From positions 3,580-67,579 of the forward strand of contig CAZKUD010000004.1 of the NCBI GenBank assembly GCA_964555875.1: a stretch of 64,000 bases of DNA. The letters are read 5' to 3'. Made by a program: the position numbers and the translations under genes. Below are positions 1 to 8,537 of the stretch, one piece after another. How positions within the stretch are numbered: position 1 is the stretch's first letter; each line of letters begins with the position of its first letter. The notes beneath the pieces were generated by a model. The model did not search any database and was not told the DNA's origin. It worked only from the letters and a program-made list of their open reading frames with translations. This stretch comes from an uncultured archaeon. Lineage in GTDB: Archaea; Aenigmatarchaeota; Aenigmatarchaeia; QMZP01.

Positions 1-507
1 GTCCTTGCCCATGTCCACGAAGCCGTCAGGCAGGTACCTCGGCATTCCCTTCAGTCTCCTGCCGCTATGGTCGAATACTGCCCAATCGAGCAGGACCTCT
101 ACGTTCAGGGCATCAATGAGGCTGTCATCGCCGTCCATCCTGCTGTAAGCATACAGGTTCATGGCCCTGATGTACCTGACAGGGTCGGCTGCGAAGAGGA
201 GTGCACCTGCCTTCTTCCTGGTTTCCAGGCTCCTCTCCCTGAATTCACGGACAGCGTCCCTCCCTGAGCCGGTCCTGTGCCCCCCGAGCAGTATGGAAAC
301 AGTGGTTTCATCCATGAGCCTCTCCATGTCCCCGCCTATGGCTTCCAGGGCATCAGGGGTTTCCAGTGCCCCTCTCGTCAGTGGGACCTCGCATACCGGC
401 TCCTGCGCGACCGGGTCTGCCCTGAGCGCCTCCAGCACTTCAGGGCCGTATTCCTCTGTTTCTGTGTTGTCAGGGTCCCTTCCATGGCCTTCCTGCATCG
501 TGCCCAT
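1..507 (-). CDS. Hypothetical protein, 3' part only. The ORF enters the window from beyond position 1. Its ATG at 505-507 lies just downstream of the stop of the 514..981 gene.
   Basis: Open minus-strand frame from 507 to position 1 with no stop, GC3-rich codons, translation begins MGTMQEGHGRDPDNTETEEYGPEVLEAL. Not in the ORF track because it is truncated. No recognisable family. Confidence 0.35.
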   Translation of the reverse strand, partial: MGTMQEGHGRDPDNTETEEYGPEVLEALRADPVAQEPVCEVPLTRGALETPDALEAIGGDMERLMDETTVSILLGGHRTGSGRDAVREFRERSLETRKKAGALLFAADPVRYIRAMNLYAYSRMDGDDSLIDALNVEVLLDWAVFDHSGRRLKGMPRYLPDGFVDMGKD

Positions 508-513
508 AACGCA

Positions 514-981
514 TCACTGGCCTCCCTCGGCCCCTCCTTCGCCTTCCAGGTTGAAGAAGTCATCCCAGTAAGCCTCCTCCATGTGGGCTGCGCATTTCGG
601 GAACATGTTGTCCAGCCAGTAGTTCTCGTCATTCGTGTGGGGAACATACACCTTTCCCCTGCCTGGGACCATCCCGGCATCCCTCAGGGCTTCCAACGCC
701 TTGTCATTGAACCTTGTGACCCAAACGTCCATGTTTTCATCCACGAAGGCCAGTATATTTTGGTTTATGCCGTATGTCCCGACGTCTACTGGTTTGCCCT
801 TTTGGATTATCCTCGGCTGGAAGGGAGGGACAAGCGTCTCGAAGGTGCCTGTAACGTTGACGAACACCGTCCTTCCGACATACCCAAGTTCCACACCAGC
901 TTCCATCGCAGGGGTGCCTTCCACATACTTCGGGTCAACCCCCCTGTACATTATCTTGTCCATGATATCACCATTTGTCAC
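514..981 (-). CDS. Hypothetical protein (155 aa)
   Basis: Clean minus-strand ORF, coding-like composition, no recognisable motifs. Confidence 0.5.
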   Translation of the reverse strand: MTNGDIMDKIMYRGVDPKYVEGTPAMEAGVELGYVGRTVFVNVTGTFETLVPPFQPRIIQKGKPVDVGTYGINQNILAFVDENMDVWVTRFNDKALEALRDAGMVPGRGKVYVPHTNDENYWLDNMFPKCAAHMEEAYWDDFFNLEGEGGAEGGQ

Positions 982-1100
982 TATTTATTAGTGACACTTA
1001 GTTATAGGGTGTATCGGGGATATTTAAAGGTTCCGGTGGGGCTCTTGATAGCGTTTTCTGGCCCAAAAACAGGAGTTTTCTGGCCTCAAAATCATGTCTC

Positions 1101-1589
1101 TCAGCACCTGGTGCTGACTGTAAGCCTTCCCTTCCTTGCCGCCTTTCTGACTGTGTCGACGTCCCCAGGCCGCTCCAGCCACTTCCAGCTGGTCTCCCTT
1201 ATCTTCTCCTTCACTCCCTCTGCGAACTCGTACTTGTCGACGTCCTTCACTGATATCCAGGCGTAGGCCTCCCTGTGGTCTTCCAGCTTCACCCTTTTGG
1301 TGGTGGGCCACACACGGAAGCAGAACCCCTTTACTGTATGGCCGTCGGGTCTCCTGAAAGCATAGTCCCAGAGGAAGTCGAACCTGTCCTTTATCCCCAG
1401 GCCTGTCTCCTCCTTCACTTCCCTCTTCAGGACCTCCATGACTCCCTCGTCCTCCTCTGCCTTCCCGCCTGGTATGGTCCACATGTTGGGGAACGCTATC
1501 TCCTTCTCATGCCTCCTGATGATGAGGAACCTCTTGTCGTCCCGCACTATCATCGCTGATATGTGCACTATGTGCTTCTTCCTTTCCAT
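1101..1589 (-). CDS. NUDIX hydrolase
   Basis: Nudix box GGKAEEDEGVMEVLKREVKEETGL (GX5EX7REUXEEXGU). Size 162 aa. Confidence 0.85.
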   Translation of the reverse strand: MERKKHIVHISAMIVRDDKRFLIIRRHEKEIAFPNMWTIPGGKAEEDEGVMEVLKREVKEETGLGIKDRFDFLWDYAFRRPDGHTVKGFCFRVWPTTKRVKLEDHREAYAWISVKDVDKYEFAEGVKEKIRETSWKWLERPGDVDTVRKAARKGRLTVSTRC

Positions 1590-2224
1590 TATTTCAGCAC
1601 CTTCCCTGTCTTCATGTACCAGAGGTAGAGGTCGAGCTCGGCCAGCCTCAGGCCGGTCTTGATTCCCATCTCCTTAAGCTTGTCCTCGCACTCCAGGTAG
1701 AACCTCCTGTTCACGCTCTTGGGCACGCGCTCTATAAGGCCGTACTCCTTCATTATCCAGAGTATGTGCCTGTCGATTATGGCCACGTCCTTGTAGCCCA
1801 CGTTCCTGAGGAAGTGGCTGGACTCCTTCCAGCCCAGTCCCTTTATGTGCTCTATCAGCCACCTCCTGGCGCTTTTCGAGTTCCTGTCCCTTATCCTGTC
1901 CTTCACGTCAGCATGCTTCCTGGCAGCCAGTATGAACTTGGCCCTTGTGTTTGGGAACCTGTGGCCCAGGCCCTTCAGCCTGGCCGCCAGCCTCTCCTCG
2001 GAGTCTCCCAGGAAGCCCTCAGGACCTATAACTTCCTGTATCTTTATGCCCCTCTGGGCAGAGCCGTTGGCTGTCAGTATGCAGAAGCAGAGCTCAGAGA
2101 ACCATTCCGCGTTCCCTTTCTGTGACAGCTCCTCGAACTCCCACATCCTCTTGTCAACTGTCCTCTTGAGGCCGCTGTTCGCCAGCTCCTTCACCTTCTT
2201 GACCAGCTGGTCTGGCGTGTGCAT
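1589..2224 (-). CDS. ogg: N-glycosylase/DNA lyase, Ogg2-type 8-oxoguanine DNA glycosylase (HhH-GPD superfamily)
   Basis: Helix-hairpin-helix region LKGLGWKESSHFLRNVGY...DVAIIDRH typical of archaeal Ogg2. About 210 aa. Confidence 0.7.
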   Translation of the reverse strand: MHTPDQLVKKVKELANSGLKRTVDKRMWEFEELSQKGNAEWFSELCFCILTANGSAQRGIKIQEVIGPEGFLGDSEERLAARLKGLGHRFPNTRAKFILAARKHADVKDRIRDRNSKSARRWLIEHIKGLGWKESSHFLRNVGYKDVAIIDRHILWIMKEYGLIERVPKSVNRRFYLECEDKLKEMGIKTGLRLAELDLYLWYMKTGKVLK

Positions 2225-2263
2225 GCTTTTTATTAAAACTGGGGGTTAAATAAAGCATACGAT

Positions 2264-2338
2264 GGCCGCAGTGGTGTTAATGGTTAGCATGTGGGACTGT
2301 GGATCCCTTGGTCCGAGTTCGAGTCTCGGCTGCGGCCC
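2264..2338 (+). tRNA. tRNA-His (anticodon GUG) with G-1, no encoded CCA
   Basis: Acceptor GCCGCAG/CUGCGGC, extra 5' G opposite discriminator C, anticodon loop CUGUGGA, T-arm CCGAG-TTCGAGT-CTCGG. Confidence 0.8.
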
Positions 2339-2360
2339 TTCCTCTTTCTGAGAGAATGAA

Positions 2361-2560
2361 TGCGGGGGGAGAGATTTGAACTCTCGAAGGCGCTAAGCCA
2401 CAGGATGTCCTATCATCGTTCCTTCCGGAACTCGATACACTTAAGTGACCTTAAGTTTGGCAGCCTTGCTTGTTGCAAGCATAGCACCTGCCCCTTTGAC
2501 CATTCCCGAGCCTTCCCTTTGGCTGAAGCCTTTGGAAAGGCTTCTCGGGAACCCCCGCTT
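2361..2560 (-). tRNA. Intron-containing class II tRNA (Leu-like; a CUUAAGG heptamer would fit a UAA anticodon loop). Spans about 200 nt, so it must carry one or more introns, possibly one in the D-loop region.
   Basis: Minus strand reads 5' GCGGGGGTTCCCGAG ... GGCTTAGCGCC (variable arm) ... CGAGAGTTCAAATCTCTCCCCCCGCA 3'. Acceptor halves are perfectly complementary, the T-arm is GAGAG-TTCAAAT-CTCTC, and the 5' end closely resembles archaeal tRNA-Leu. Internal hairpins (GAAGCCTTTCCAAAGGCTTC, CACTTAAGTG) are consistent with intron bulge-helix-bulge structures. Confidence 0.45.
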
Positions 2561-2615
2561 ATAGAGAAATTGTCCTGCCTTGTTTAAAAGGTTCTTTCAG
2601 GCACTTGGAACGGTT

Positions 2616-2819
2616 TTACTTCTTCTCAGAGAGGGTGTCGACCCTCTGCTCGAGCAGGGCCAGGCTGCCGGAGATGTCCTCCAGCATTATGGCCAACTTG
2701 TCCACCCAGGCGGCCACTATCTTCACGTCAAGGCTGTCCGCCTTGTCGTTTATCTCCTGCCTGAGCGCCCCCAGGTCGCTCTTGAACTCCTCGAATGATG
2801 TTATTGCCATAAGCATCAC
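2616..2819 (-). CDS. Small coiled-coil protein (67 aa), start overlaps trpS stop
   Basis: ORF directly downstream of trpS with a 4-nt overlap. Heptad-like sequence. No family recognised. Confidence 0.4.
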   Translation of the reverse strand: MMLMAITSFEEFKSDLGALRQEINDKADSLDVKIVAAWVDKLAIMLEDISGSLALLEQRVDTLSEKK

Positions 2820-4603
2820 TTGATGAACTTGCCCACCAGCTTCTTGGCCTTCTCCCTCTTCTTCTGGTGCTCTGTAAGGAACCTTGTCAGCAGTTCAGCG
2901 CACTCCTTCTTGCACTCCCCGCAAAGGCGCTTACCTTTCTTGCACTCCTCCCTCACCTTCTGGAGGTGCTTGTCATCCCTTGCCAGGTGGTAGGCGAACA
3001 TGTCGTAGACCGTGCACACGTCAGGGTCTGCGCCCCTCTTCCTCTGCTCGTCAGCGTTGCCCCTCCCGCCCGTGAAGGCGGCTGATAGCTTCTTGGCCGC
3101 CGCCTTCGGGGGGTCGGAAAGGGCTATATGGGAGCCCGGGTCAGAGCTTGCCATCTTGCCTCCCTTGAGGCCTTTCATGAACATGTGGTAAGTGGACGAG
3201 GGCGGGATGAAGCCGAACTCGTCCTTCACCCTGTTGGCTATGTCCCTCGTGAGCCTGAGGTGGGGGTCCTGGTCTATACCCACAGGCACCACCACAGGCG
3301 CCTTCTTCCCTTCGAACTCGGGAAGCATGGGGTGCAGGATGTCAGCCACCTGCGTCATTATGGAGGTTATCTTGCCGGGCGAAAGGTCTCCATATATGGA
3401 CTTCATCTCGTTCATGGTGGGCTTCTTGGACACTATGCCAATCAGCCTGTAGTAGGCGTTCGCCTTCCTGTGGTCGGAGTGCCTGTCGCTCTGGAAGTAG
3501 AAGTCCACGTTCTCCGGCTTCAGGCCGAGGGCTATGTAGTTGAGCAGGTACTCGTTTATCGCGACCTCCTTCAGCTCCTTGAATGTGCATTTCCTCATGT
3601 TATAGGCCTCTATGTCGGCCACGCAGAGGTATACCCTGGCCCCTATGCTCTGGTAATAGACTATCTGGTCAGCCAGCATCTTGTGGCCGAAATGGAACTT
3701 GCCTGAGGGCATCAGGCCCGTCATCATTGACCAGGGCTTGCCTGACTTCACGGCGTCAGCTATGTTCTTGAAGTCCCTGTGCCCGAAAACTATCCCCCTC
3801 TTCATGAGCGGGTGGGGATCAGGCAGCCTGTTAGACATCGGCTTGAACTTGCTTATGCCAAATTCTTCTAACAGCTTGTCGTAGTCCCTTATCTTCTGCT
3901 CCCCCCAGGGGTTTATCCTCTCTGCTGAAACGATGCCTGTCTTGACCTCCTTCCCGAGTATGTGGAGCTCGGTCTCGCCTGGCCTGCCCTTTCCCATGGC
4001 AGCCATCCTGGCGGCGTCCTTCAGGCAGTTCTTTATCCTGGCGTCCTTCACCCCCGGGACGTAGAATGCGAAGTATGCACAGTTCTTCGTCTTCCCTGTT
4101 ACTTTTGTCCTCAGCGACTGGCCCTCAAGGTACGTCCCTATCACGCCGCCTCTGTCTTTCACCACAACATCGCCCTGCTCGAGCGTGACCGTGTCGCCGG
4201 CCATGTTGGTGAACTCGTCCCCCTCCATGGCCTGGTCAACAGTGAGCGCGCCGTCCATCCTGTCGCTGTCCATCACGCCCATCAGCACCAGGTGCTTGAG
4301 CTCTGCCAGCAGCATGGCGTCCACCATCGGGGACAGGGTAGGTATGCCCTTTCCCTTGAGTACGGCCTTCACTCCCTCCAGTATGGGGAAGGGCCTGTCA
4401 TGGCGGCCGAAGAACTTGTCGTAGGCCTTTATGATGTCCACCTTCTCCCAGTTCCTGTACTCCTTCTTGACTATCCTCTCCACAGTGCTCCTCTCGTCCC
4501 TGAGCTCCCTGGACCCTGTGTTGACTGAGCCCTTCACCTCGACCAGGCCCAGACGCATGGTCGGATAGCGCTCCTTTATCCTCTGGGAAAACTGAACTTC
4601 CAT
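2816..4603 (-). CDS. trpS: Tryptophanyl-tRNA synthetase with an N-terminal B3/4-like domain (PheRS-beta editing-domain fold) of about 220 aa
   Basis: Class I HIGH motif GKFHFGHKML. KMSKS variant GGKMASSD typical of archaeal/eukaryotic TrpRS. N-terminal region LSPMVDAMLLAELKHLVLMGVMDSDRMDGALTV...GDEFTNMAGDTVTL resembles B3/4 domain consensus. 595 aa against about 380 aa for plain TrpRS. Confidence 0.8.
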   Translation of the reverse strand: MEVQFSQRIKERYPTMRLGLVEVKGSVNTGSRELRDERSTVERIVKKEYRNWEKVDIIKAYDKFFGRHDRPFPILEGVKAVLKGKGIPTLSPMVDAMLLAELKHLVLMGVMDSDRMDGALTVDQAMEGDEFTNMAGDTVTLEQGDVVVKDRGGVIGTYLEGQSLRTKVTGKTKNCAYFAFYVPGVKDARIKNCLKDAARMAAMGKGRPGETELHILGKEVKTGIVSAERINPWGEQKIRDYDKLLEEFGISKFKPMSNRLPDPHPLMKRGIVFGHRDFKNIADAVKSGKPWSMMTGLMPSGKFHFGHKMLADQIVYYQSIGARVYLCVADIEAYNMRKCTFKELKEVAINEYLLNYIALGLKPENVDFYFQSDRHSDHRKANAYYRLIGIVSKKPTMNEMKSIYGDLSPGKITSIMTQVADILHPMLPEFEGKKAPVVVPVGIDQDPHLRLTRDIANRVKDEFGFIPPSSTYHMFMKGLKGGKMASSDPGSHIALSDPPKAAAKKLSAAFTGGRGNADEQRKRGADPDVCTVYDMFAYHLARDDKHLQKVREECKKGKRLCGECKKECAELLTRFLTEHQKKREKAKKLVGKFIK

Positions 4604-4633
4604 AATATAGATTGGCTCCCCATTCTAATAACC

Positions 4634-5869
4634 TTACTCCAGGGCTTCCAGCGTTTCCTTGACATGGTCCAGGAAGCGCTGCCACCTGGATTTCTTCCTG
4701 TGCCTGACCCTCACCATGACCAGGGCCACCAGTATCGCCACGGACAGGAGGATGACCAGTATCCACCAGATGGGCTTCCTGCGCCTCTTCCAGAAGAGGT
4801 ATGCCAGTATGGCTGCTATGGAGGCCATCACGACCCACCAGTACCAGCATATCCCGAGGAACCTGCCGAAGTCCAAACCCAGGAGCATGCATTCAGGCAC
4901 GCAGTCGTTGTTGAAGCATATGTACCCGGGAGGGCACCCGCAGTCTATCGGGCAGGCCATGCAGCCCTCCCCTATGGTTGCGTCGCATATCTGGTCCCCG
5001 CAGTAGGGGCTCGGCTTCTCCACCACGGGAGGCTTGGCTATGGGCGTGCCCACCGTAAGGAAGAAGCCCGTGAAGCCTGAAGTGGACGAGAGGAAGTAGA
5101 GGAACTCGGAATCATAGCCTTCCATCCAGTACCTGTCATCGCCCTCCTCTATTGGCCCTATGGGAAGCGTGTTCCTCTTGTTCAGGTAGAACCTTATGAC
5201 CTTTATGCTGTCCGGGTCTATGTTGAACTCCTCTATCCAGTCCCTGCCCACCTTCGATATTACGAAGGAGTCCAGCAGGTTGCCCTCGTCCAGGTTCTCT
5301 GTCTGCACCATGAAGCACCTGTATGGGATTTCATAGTCATAGAGCAGCTCCTCCAGGACCTCGCAGCTTATCTGCGTCATGTTGGCCTCCGCTCCTGGGG
5401 AAGGGCTCTTGAACCTGGCGAATATGTGCATGGTGGGGTCACCCTTGGCCTTCAGGGTCTCGTTTATCAGGCCGGGGTAGACGGGCGGCGTTGGCGTTGG
5501 CGTTGGCCCGGAAGGCTCATCAGGCGGCACAGGGCACACGCCGCAATCCGACGGGCAATCGCTGCAGCTCTCGTACCCGGAGTAGCAGTAGCCGTCGCCG
5601 CAATAGCAGTCCGAAGGGCAGTTGGCATTGGTCTCGGAGGGGTAATCGCACACCCCGTTCCCGCAGTTGAGTATGGTGAGCTGAACCGTCCCGGTGGCCA
5701 GGGTGGTCATGGTGTTGGACACGGAAACCACTACCATGAACCAGGTAAGGGACAGCATGAGGGCTGCTATTATCAGGAGTGCGAGAGCCCTGTCAGGAAC
5801 CTGCCTAGCGGGTGATTTCCTGCTTCCTGACGAACTCGTAGAGGTCTTTCGCTTTCTTGTTCTTTTCAA
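4634..5869 (-). CDS. Cys-rich membrane-anchored extracytoplasmic protein. The annotated start overlaps tyrS by 65 nt, so the true start is probably internal.
   Basis: N-terminal TM helix, CPSDC-type repeats (CGNGVCDYP...CPSDCYCGDGYCYSGYESCSDCPSDCGVCP), PTPTPTPP linker, a second Cys cluster, and a C-terminal Trp-rich TM segment. Confidence 0.5.
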   Translation of the reverse strand: MKRTRKRKTSTSSSGSRKSPARQVPDRALALLIIAALMLSLTWFMVVVSVSNTMTTLATGTVQLTILNCGNGVCDYPSETNANCPSDCYCGDGYCYSGYESCSDCPSDCGVCPVPPDEPSGPTPTPTPPVYPGLINETLKAKGDPTMHIFARFKSPSPGAEANMTQISCEVLEELLYDYEIPYRCFMVQTENLDEGNLLDSFVISKVGRDWIEEFNIDPDSIKVIRFYLNKRNTLPIGPIEEGDDRYWMEGYDSEFLYFLSSTSGFTGFFLTVGTPIAKPPVVEKPSPYCGDQICDATIGEGCMACPIDCGCPPGYICFNNDCVPECMLLGLDFGRFLGICWYWWVVMASIAAILAYLFWKRRRKPIWWILVILLSVAILVALVMVRVRHRKKSRWQRFLDHVKETLEALE

Positions 5870-6899
5870 AATGATCCCTCACGGGCTTGACGAGCTTGTC
5901 TATGTGTTCGGCAATGCCCGCCTTGAGGTCTGCAGGATGGAGCTTGCCCTCCCTGAAGGCGGACTCCAGCTCCTGGTATGTCCCGAACGTGAGGGAGCCC
6001 CCGAACTTGGCAGGCCTCTCTATCGTCATGTCCTTGAAGGCCCTGAAGACTATGTGCCTCGCGTAATCCAGCATCGGGTTGTTGTCCGCTTCCTTCGGGG
6101 CGCAGTAGGCAGAGTTTATCTTCTTCCTTATCTGCTCCCCTGTGTCGTGCATGTATATGCACGTGTTGGGCTTGGACTTGCTCATCTTGGAGCTTATCTC
6201 TATGTCCATCTTCCTGTTCTTGTCGAAGCCCTCCCCTTCCCCCTTCAGGCCCCCAAGGCCCATTAGGGTGTGGTGGGATATTATCACGGGCTTCCAGAGG
6301 CCCAGCTTCGGGCCGACCTCCCTTGCCAGCATGTTGACCTTCCTCTGGTCAAGCCCGAGCTGGCATATGTCGGCCTTGAGGTGGAATATGTCGCTGCACT
6401 GCATCATGGGGTAGAAGTACTGGGCGACCTCCTTCATCTCGCCTTCCTTCCTGCCCATTATGGTGAGGCACCTGGTCGCCCTGGCGACAGAGGTTATCTT
6501 GGCTATACGTATCACCCTCTTCCAGTATTCGTCGTCCATCGAGTTGGCTGCCCAGATGAACTCCAGCTTTCCCTTTGCGGGCTCTATCCCCGAGGCCTTC
6601 CAGACCTCCTGGAAATACTCGCCGACCTTCTGTATCTTCTCCAGGTCGCCCCCCATCTTGTTGTTTATCCAGCCGAACCAGTCCGCTATCCAGAGCTTGA
6701 AATGGACGCCTGCCTTCAGCAGGTCCTTTATGTTCAGGGCCCGGTATATGCCGAAGGGAAGGTGGGCGACGCCGGAAGGCTCGAATCCGTCATAGGCCAC
6801 CGGATGGCCCTTGGCCTGGAGCAGCTGCATGAGCTCCTCGTCTGTCACCACTTCCTCGCCGACTCCCTTTATGAGCTTAAAACGCGTCTCAGTGTCCAT
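5805..6899 (-). CDS. tyrS: Tyrosyl-tRNA synthetase (archaeal type)
   Basis: FEPSGVAHL (P-x-G-x-x-HLG) and KMSKS motifs. 364 aa. Confidence 0.9.
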   Translation of the reverse strand: MDTETRFKLIKGVGEEVVTDEELMQLLQAKGHPVAYDGFEPSGVAHLPFGIYRALNIKDLLKAGVHFKLWIADWFGWINNKMGGDLEKIQKVGEYFQEVWKASGIEPAKGKLEFIWAANSMDDEYWKRVIRIAKITSVARATRCLTIMGRKEGEMKEVAQYFYPMMQCSDIFHLKADICQLGLDQRKVNMLAREVGPKLGLWKPVIISHHTLMGLGGLKGEGEGFDKNRKMDIEISSKMSKSKPNTCIYMHDTGEQIRKKINSAYCAPKEADNNPMLDYARHIVFRAFKDMTIERPAKFGGSLTFGTYQELESAFREGKLHPADLKAGIAEHIDKLVKPVRDHFEKNKKAKDLYEFVRKQEITR

Positions 6900-6933
6900 A
6901 TTACTATTTTGGCCCCAAGGCTTAAATTTTAAG

Positions 6934-7212
6934 CTAGTGCCGCTTCTTCGGGTAAACCCTCTCTATCCTCCTTCCCTTCCTGAAGACCGTCCTTCCCCCT
7001 GACTCTATCTCCTGTATCTCCTCCAGGGGCAATGTAAGGGCCTCCTGGCCTGTCTCGCCTCCCCTGAAGGTGACCTTCTGCCTGTCCACGGACACTATGT
7101 CCCTCCCGAAGACGAACGCCCTGCCGCCTGCGATTCCCTCCCCTTTGAGGGCTATGGAGCAGCTGCCTAGCCTCCCGCCGGACTCCAGGCCCTTCAGGAT
7201 GTCGTATGCCAT
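6934..7212 (-). CDS. Gly-rich small protein (92 aa), hypothetical
   Basis: Compact ORF between tyrS and radB. No confident family assignment. Confidence 0.4.
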   Translation of the reverse strand: MAYDILKGLESGGRLGSCSIALKGEGIAGGRAFVFGRDIVSVDRQKVTFRGGETGQEALTLPLEEIQEIESGGRTVFRKGRRIERVYPKKRH

Positions 7213-7247
7213 AATTCCGATTTAAATCACAGCTTCAAATATATGAC

Positions 7248-7925
7248 ATGAAGTTCCTCCGGCTTCCCGAGCCCCTGAAGGGCCTCGTAAAGGGCCTGGA
7301 GCACGGGGCGCTGACCAACATATACGGCGGCCCCGGCACCGGCAAGACCAACTGCTGCATCCTGGCCGCAGTAGAGGCGGTAAAGGGGGGCGGGAAGGTC
7401 ATATACATGGACACAGAAGGCGGCTTCTCTCCGGAGAGGCTACGGCAGGTTGCCGGGAACCCCTCTTCTATATTAAAGAGCATAATCCTGGTGGAGCCCA
7501 AGACACTGAAGGAGCAGAGCAGGATGATAAGGGATTTGGAGAAGACTGATGCCGGCCTCATCATAGTGGACTCCGTCGTTGCGCTCTACAGGCTGGAGTA
7601 CACCGACCCCAAGGTGGAGGTCCTGGAGGCATCCAGGGAGCTCTCCAGGCAGCTGGCAGACCTTTCGAACATAGCTAGGGAAAGGGGCATACCTGTCCTG
7701 GTCACGGCCCACACGTTCAAGAACTGGGACACCGGCGAGAACGAGGTGATAGGCGGCAACGTGATGAAATACTGGTCCAAGGCCATAGTGTTCCTGGAGA
7801 GGACCGGGAGGACATCAGAAAGGAGGGCCACCATAACCAAGCACAGGCACATGCCTGAGGGGGGCTCTGTCAAGTTCGAGATAGTGCAGGAAGGCATAAG
7901 GCCCTCCGGCTTCAGGATTTTTTGA
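7248..7925 (+). CDS. radB: DNA repair and recombination protein RadB (RecA/RadA paralog)
   Basis: Walker A GGPGTGKT, about 225 aa, RecA-like core without N-terminal HhH domain. Euryarchaeal hallmark. Confidence 0.8.
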   Translation: MKFLRLPEPLKGLVKGLEHGALTNIYGGPGTGKTNCCILAAVEAVKGGGKVIYMDTEGGFSPERLRQVAGNPSSILKSIILVEPKTLKEQSRMIRDLEKTDAGLIIVDSVVALYRLEYTDPKVEVLEASRELSRQLADLSNIARERGIPVLVTAHTFKNWDTGENEVIGGNVMKYWSKAIVFLERTGRTSERRATITKHRHMPEGGSVKFEIVQEGIRPSGFRIF

Positions 7926-8505
7926 GTTCCCTGTAGGCTATCTCCCCGTTGGGCTTGTCCTCTGCCCAGACGTCAGCCTGGAACGTCCAGACCTCGGTGT
8001 CCGGGTCTGTCCAGGCCGATATGGGGAGCCCGGCTTTCGTGCAGGCTGCCTCCAGGAACTTTATCGGTTCCATCCCGTGCTCGGCCGCCACCTGCGGGAG
8101 GAGCAGGCCTGTTTGCTTCCCCTTCCTGACCAGCAGGCCGTCCCTTCCTACCTTCACCTTCTTGGGGTAGTCTTCCCTGTCCCCCTCCAGCAGCCCGTGG
8201 TTCACCAGTATGGAAACCTCGACCGTTATCCTGGGCAGCTCCTCCTCCTTTATCGGGTCGAACCTGGGGTCCTCGGCCGCCTCTATGGCCGCCTCTATTA
8301 TGGCCTGGTAAAGTGGGTAAAGTGGCTCTGAGAAACCTATGCATCCCCTCAGGTTGCCGTCAGGGTAGGTGTTCAGCGTCACGAAGACACCGTACTTGCG
8401 CTTGAAATCGTCCGGTATCTCCTTTGGGCCCAGCTTCTCGCCCGTGTTCACGTAGTGCTCCAATGCTTTTCTGGCGAGCTCCACCGCGAATGAGCCTTCT
8501 GTCAT
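7912..8505 (-). CDS. AMMECR1 domain protein (AmmeMemoRadiSam system protein A-like)
   Basis: RGCIGF motif and 197-aa size. Convergent 14-nt overlap with radB. Confidence 0.8.
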   Translation of the reverse strand: MTEGSFAVELARKALEHYVNTGEKLGPKEIPDDFKRKYGVFVTLNTYPDGNLRGCIGFSEPLYPLYQAIIEAAIEAAEDPRFDPIKEEELPRITVEVSILVNHGLLEGDREDYPKKVKVGRDGLLVRKGKQTGLLLPQVAAEHGMEPIKFLEAACTKAGLPISAWTDPDTEVWTFQADVWAEDKPNGEIAYRELKKS

Positions 8506-8537
8506 GGTTTAGTATTTGCAGGGGTGCAATAAATAGC

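Noticed and set aside
277-1266. 329-aa plus-strand ORF (and many similar long ORFs such as 3128..3706+, 24129..24782-, 25559..26251-, 30138..30962-, 44588..45151-)
   Set aside because: They lie antisense to or overlap well-supported genes with recognisable motifs. High GC suppresses stop codons in non-coding frames, and their translations are low-complexity and Arg/Pro/Gly-rich.
2360-2587. 75-aa ORF in the track
   Set aside because: It lies entirely inside the intron-containing tRNA locus on the opposite strand and is not protein-coding.
6934-7212. Gly-rich 92-aa protein as Gar1 (H/ACA RNP) or an Sm-like protein
   Set aside because: No match to the Gar1 beta-barrel motifs or Sm1/Sm2 motifs on inspection. 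Left as hypothetical.
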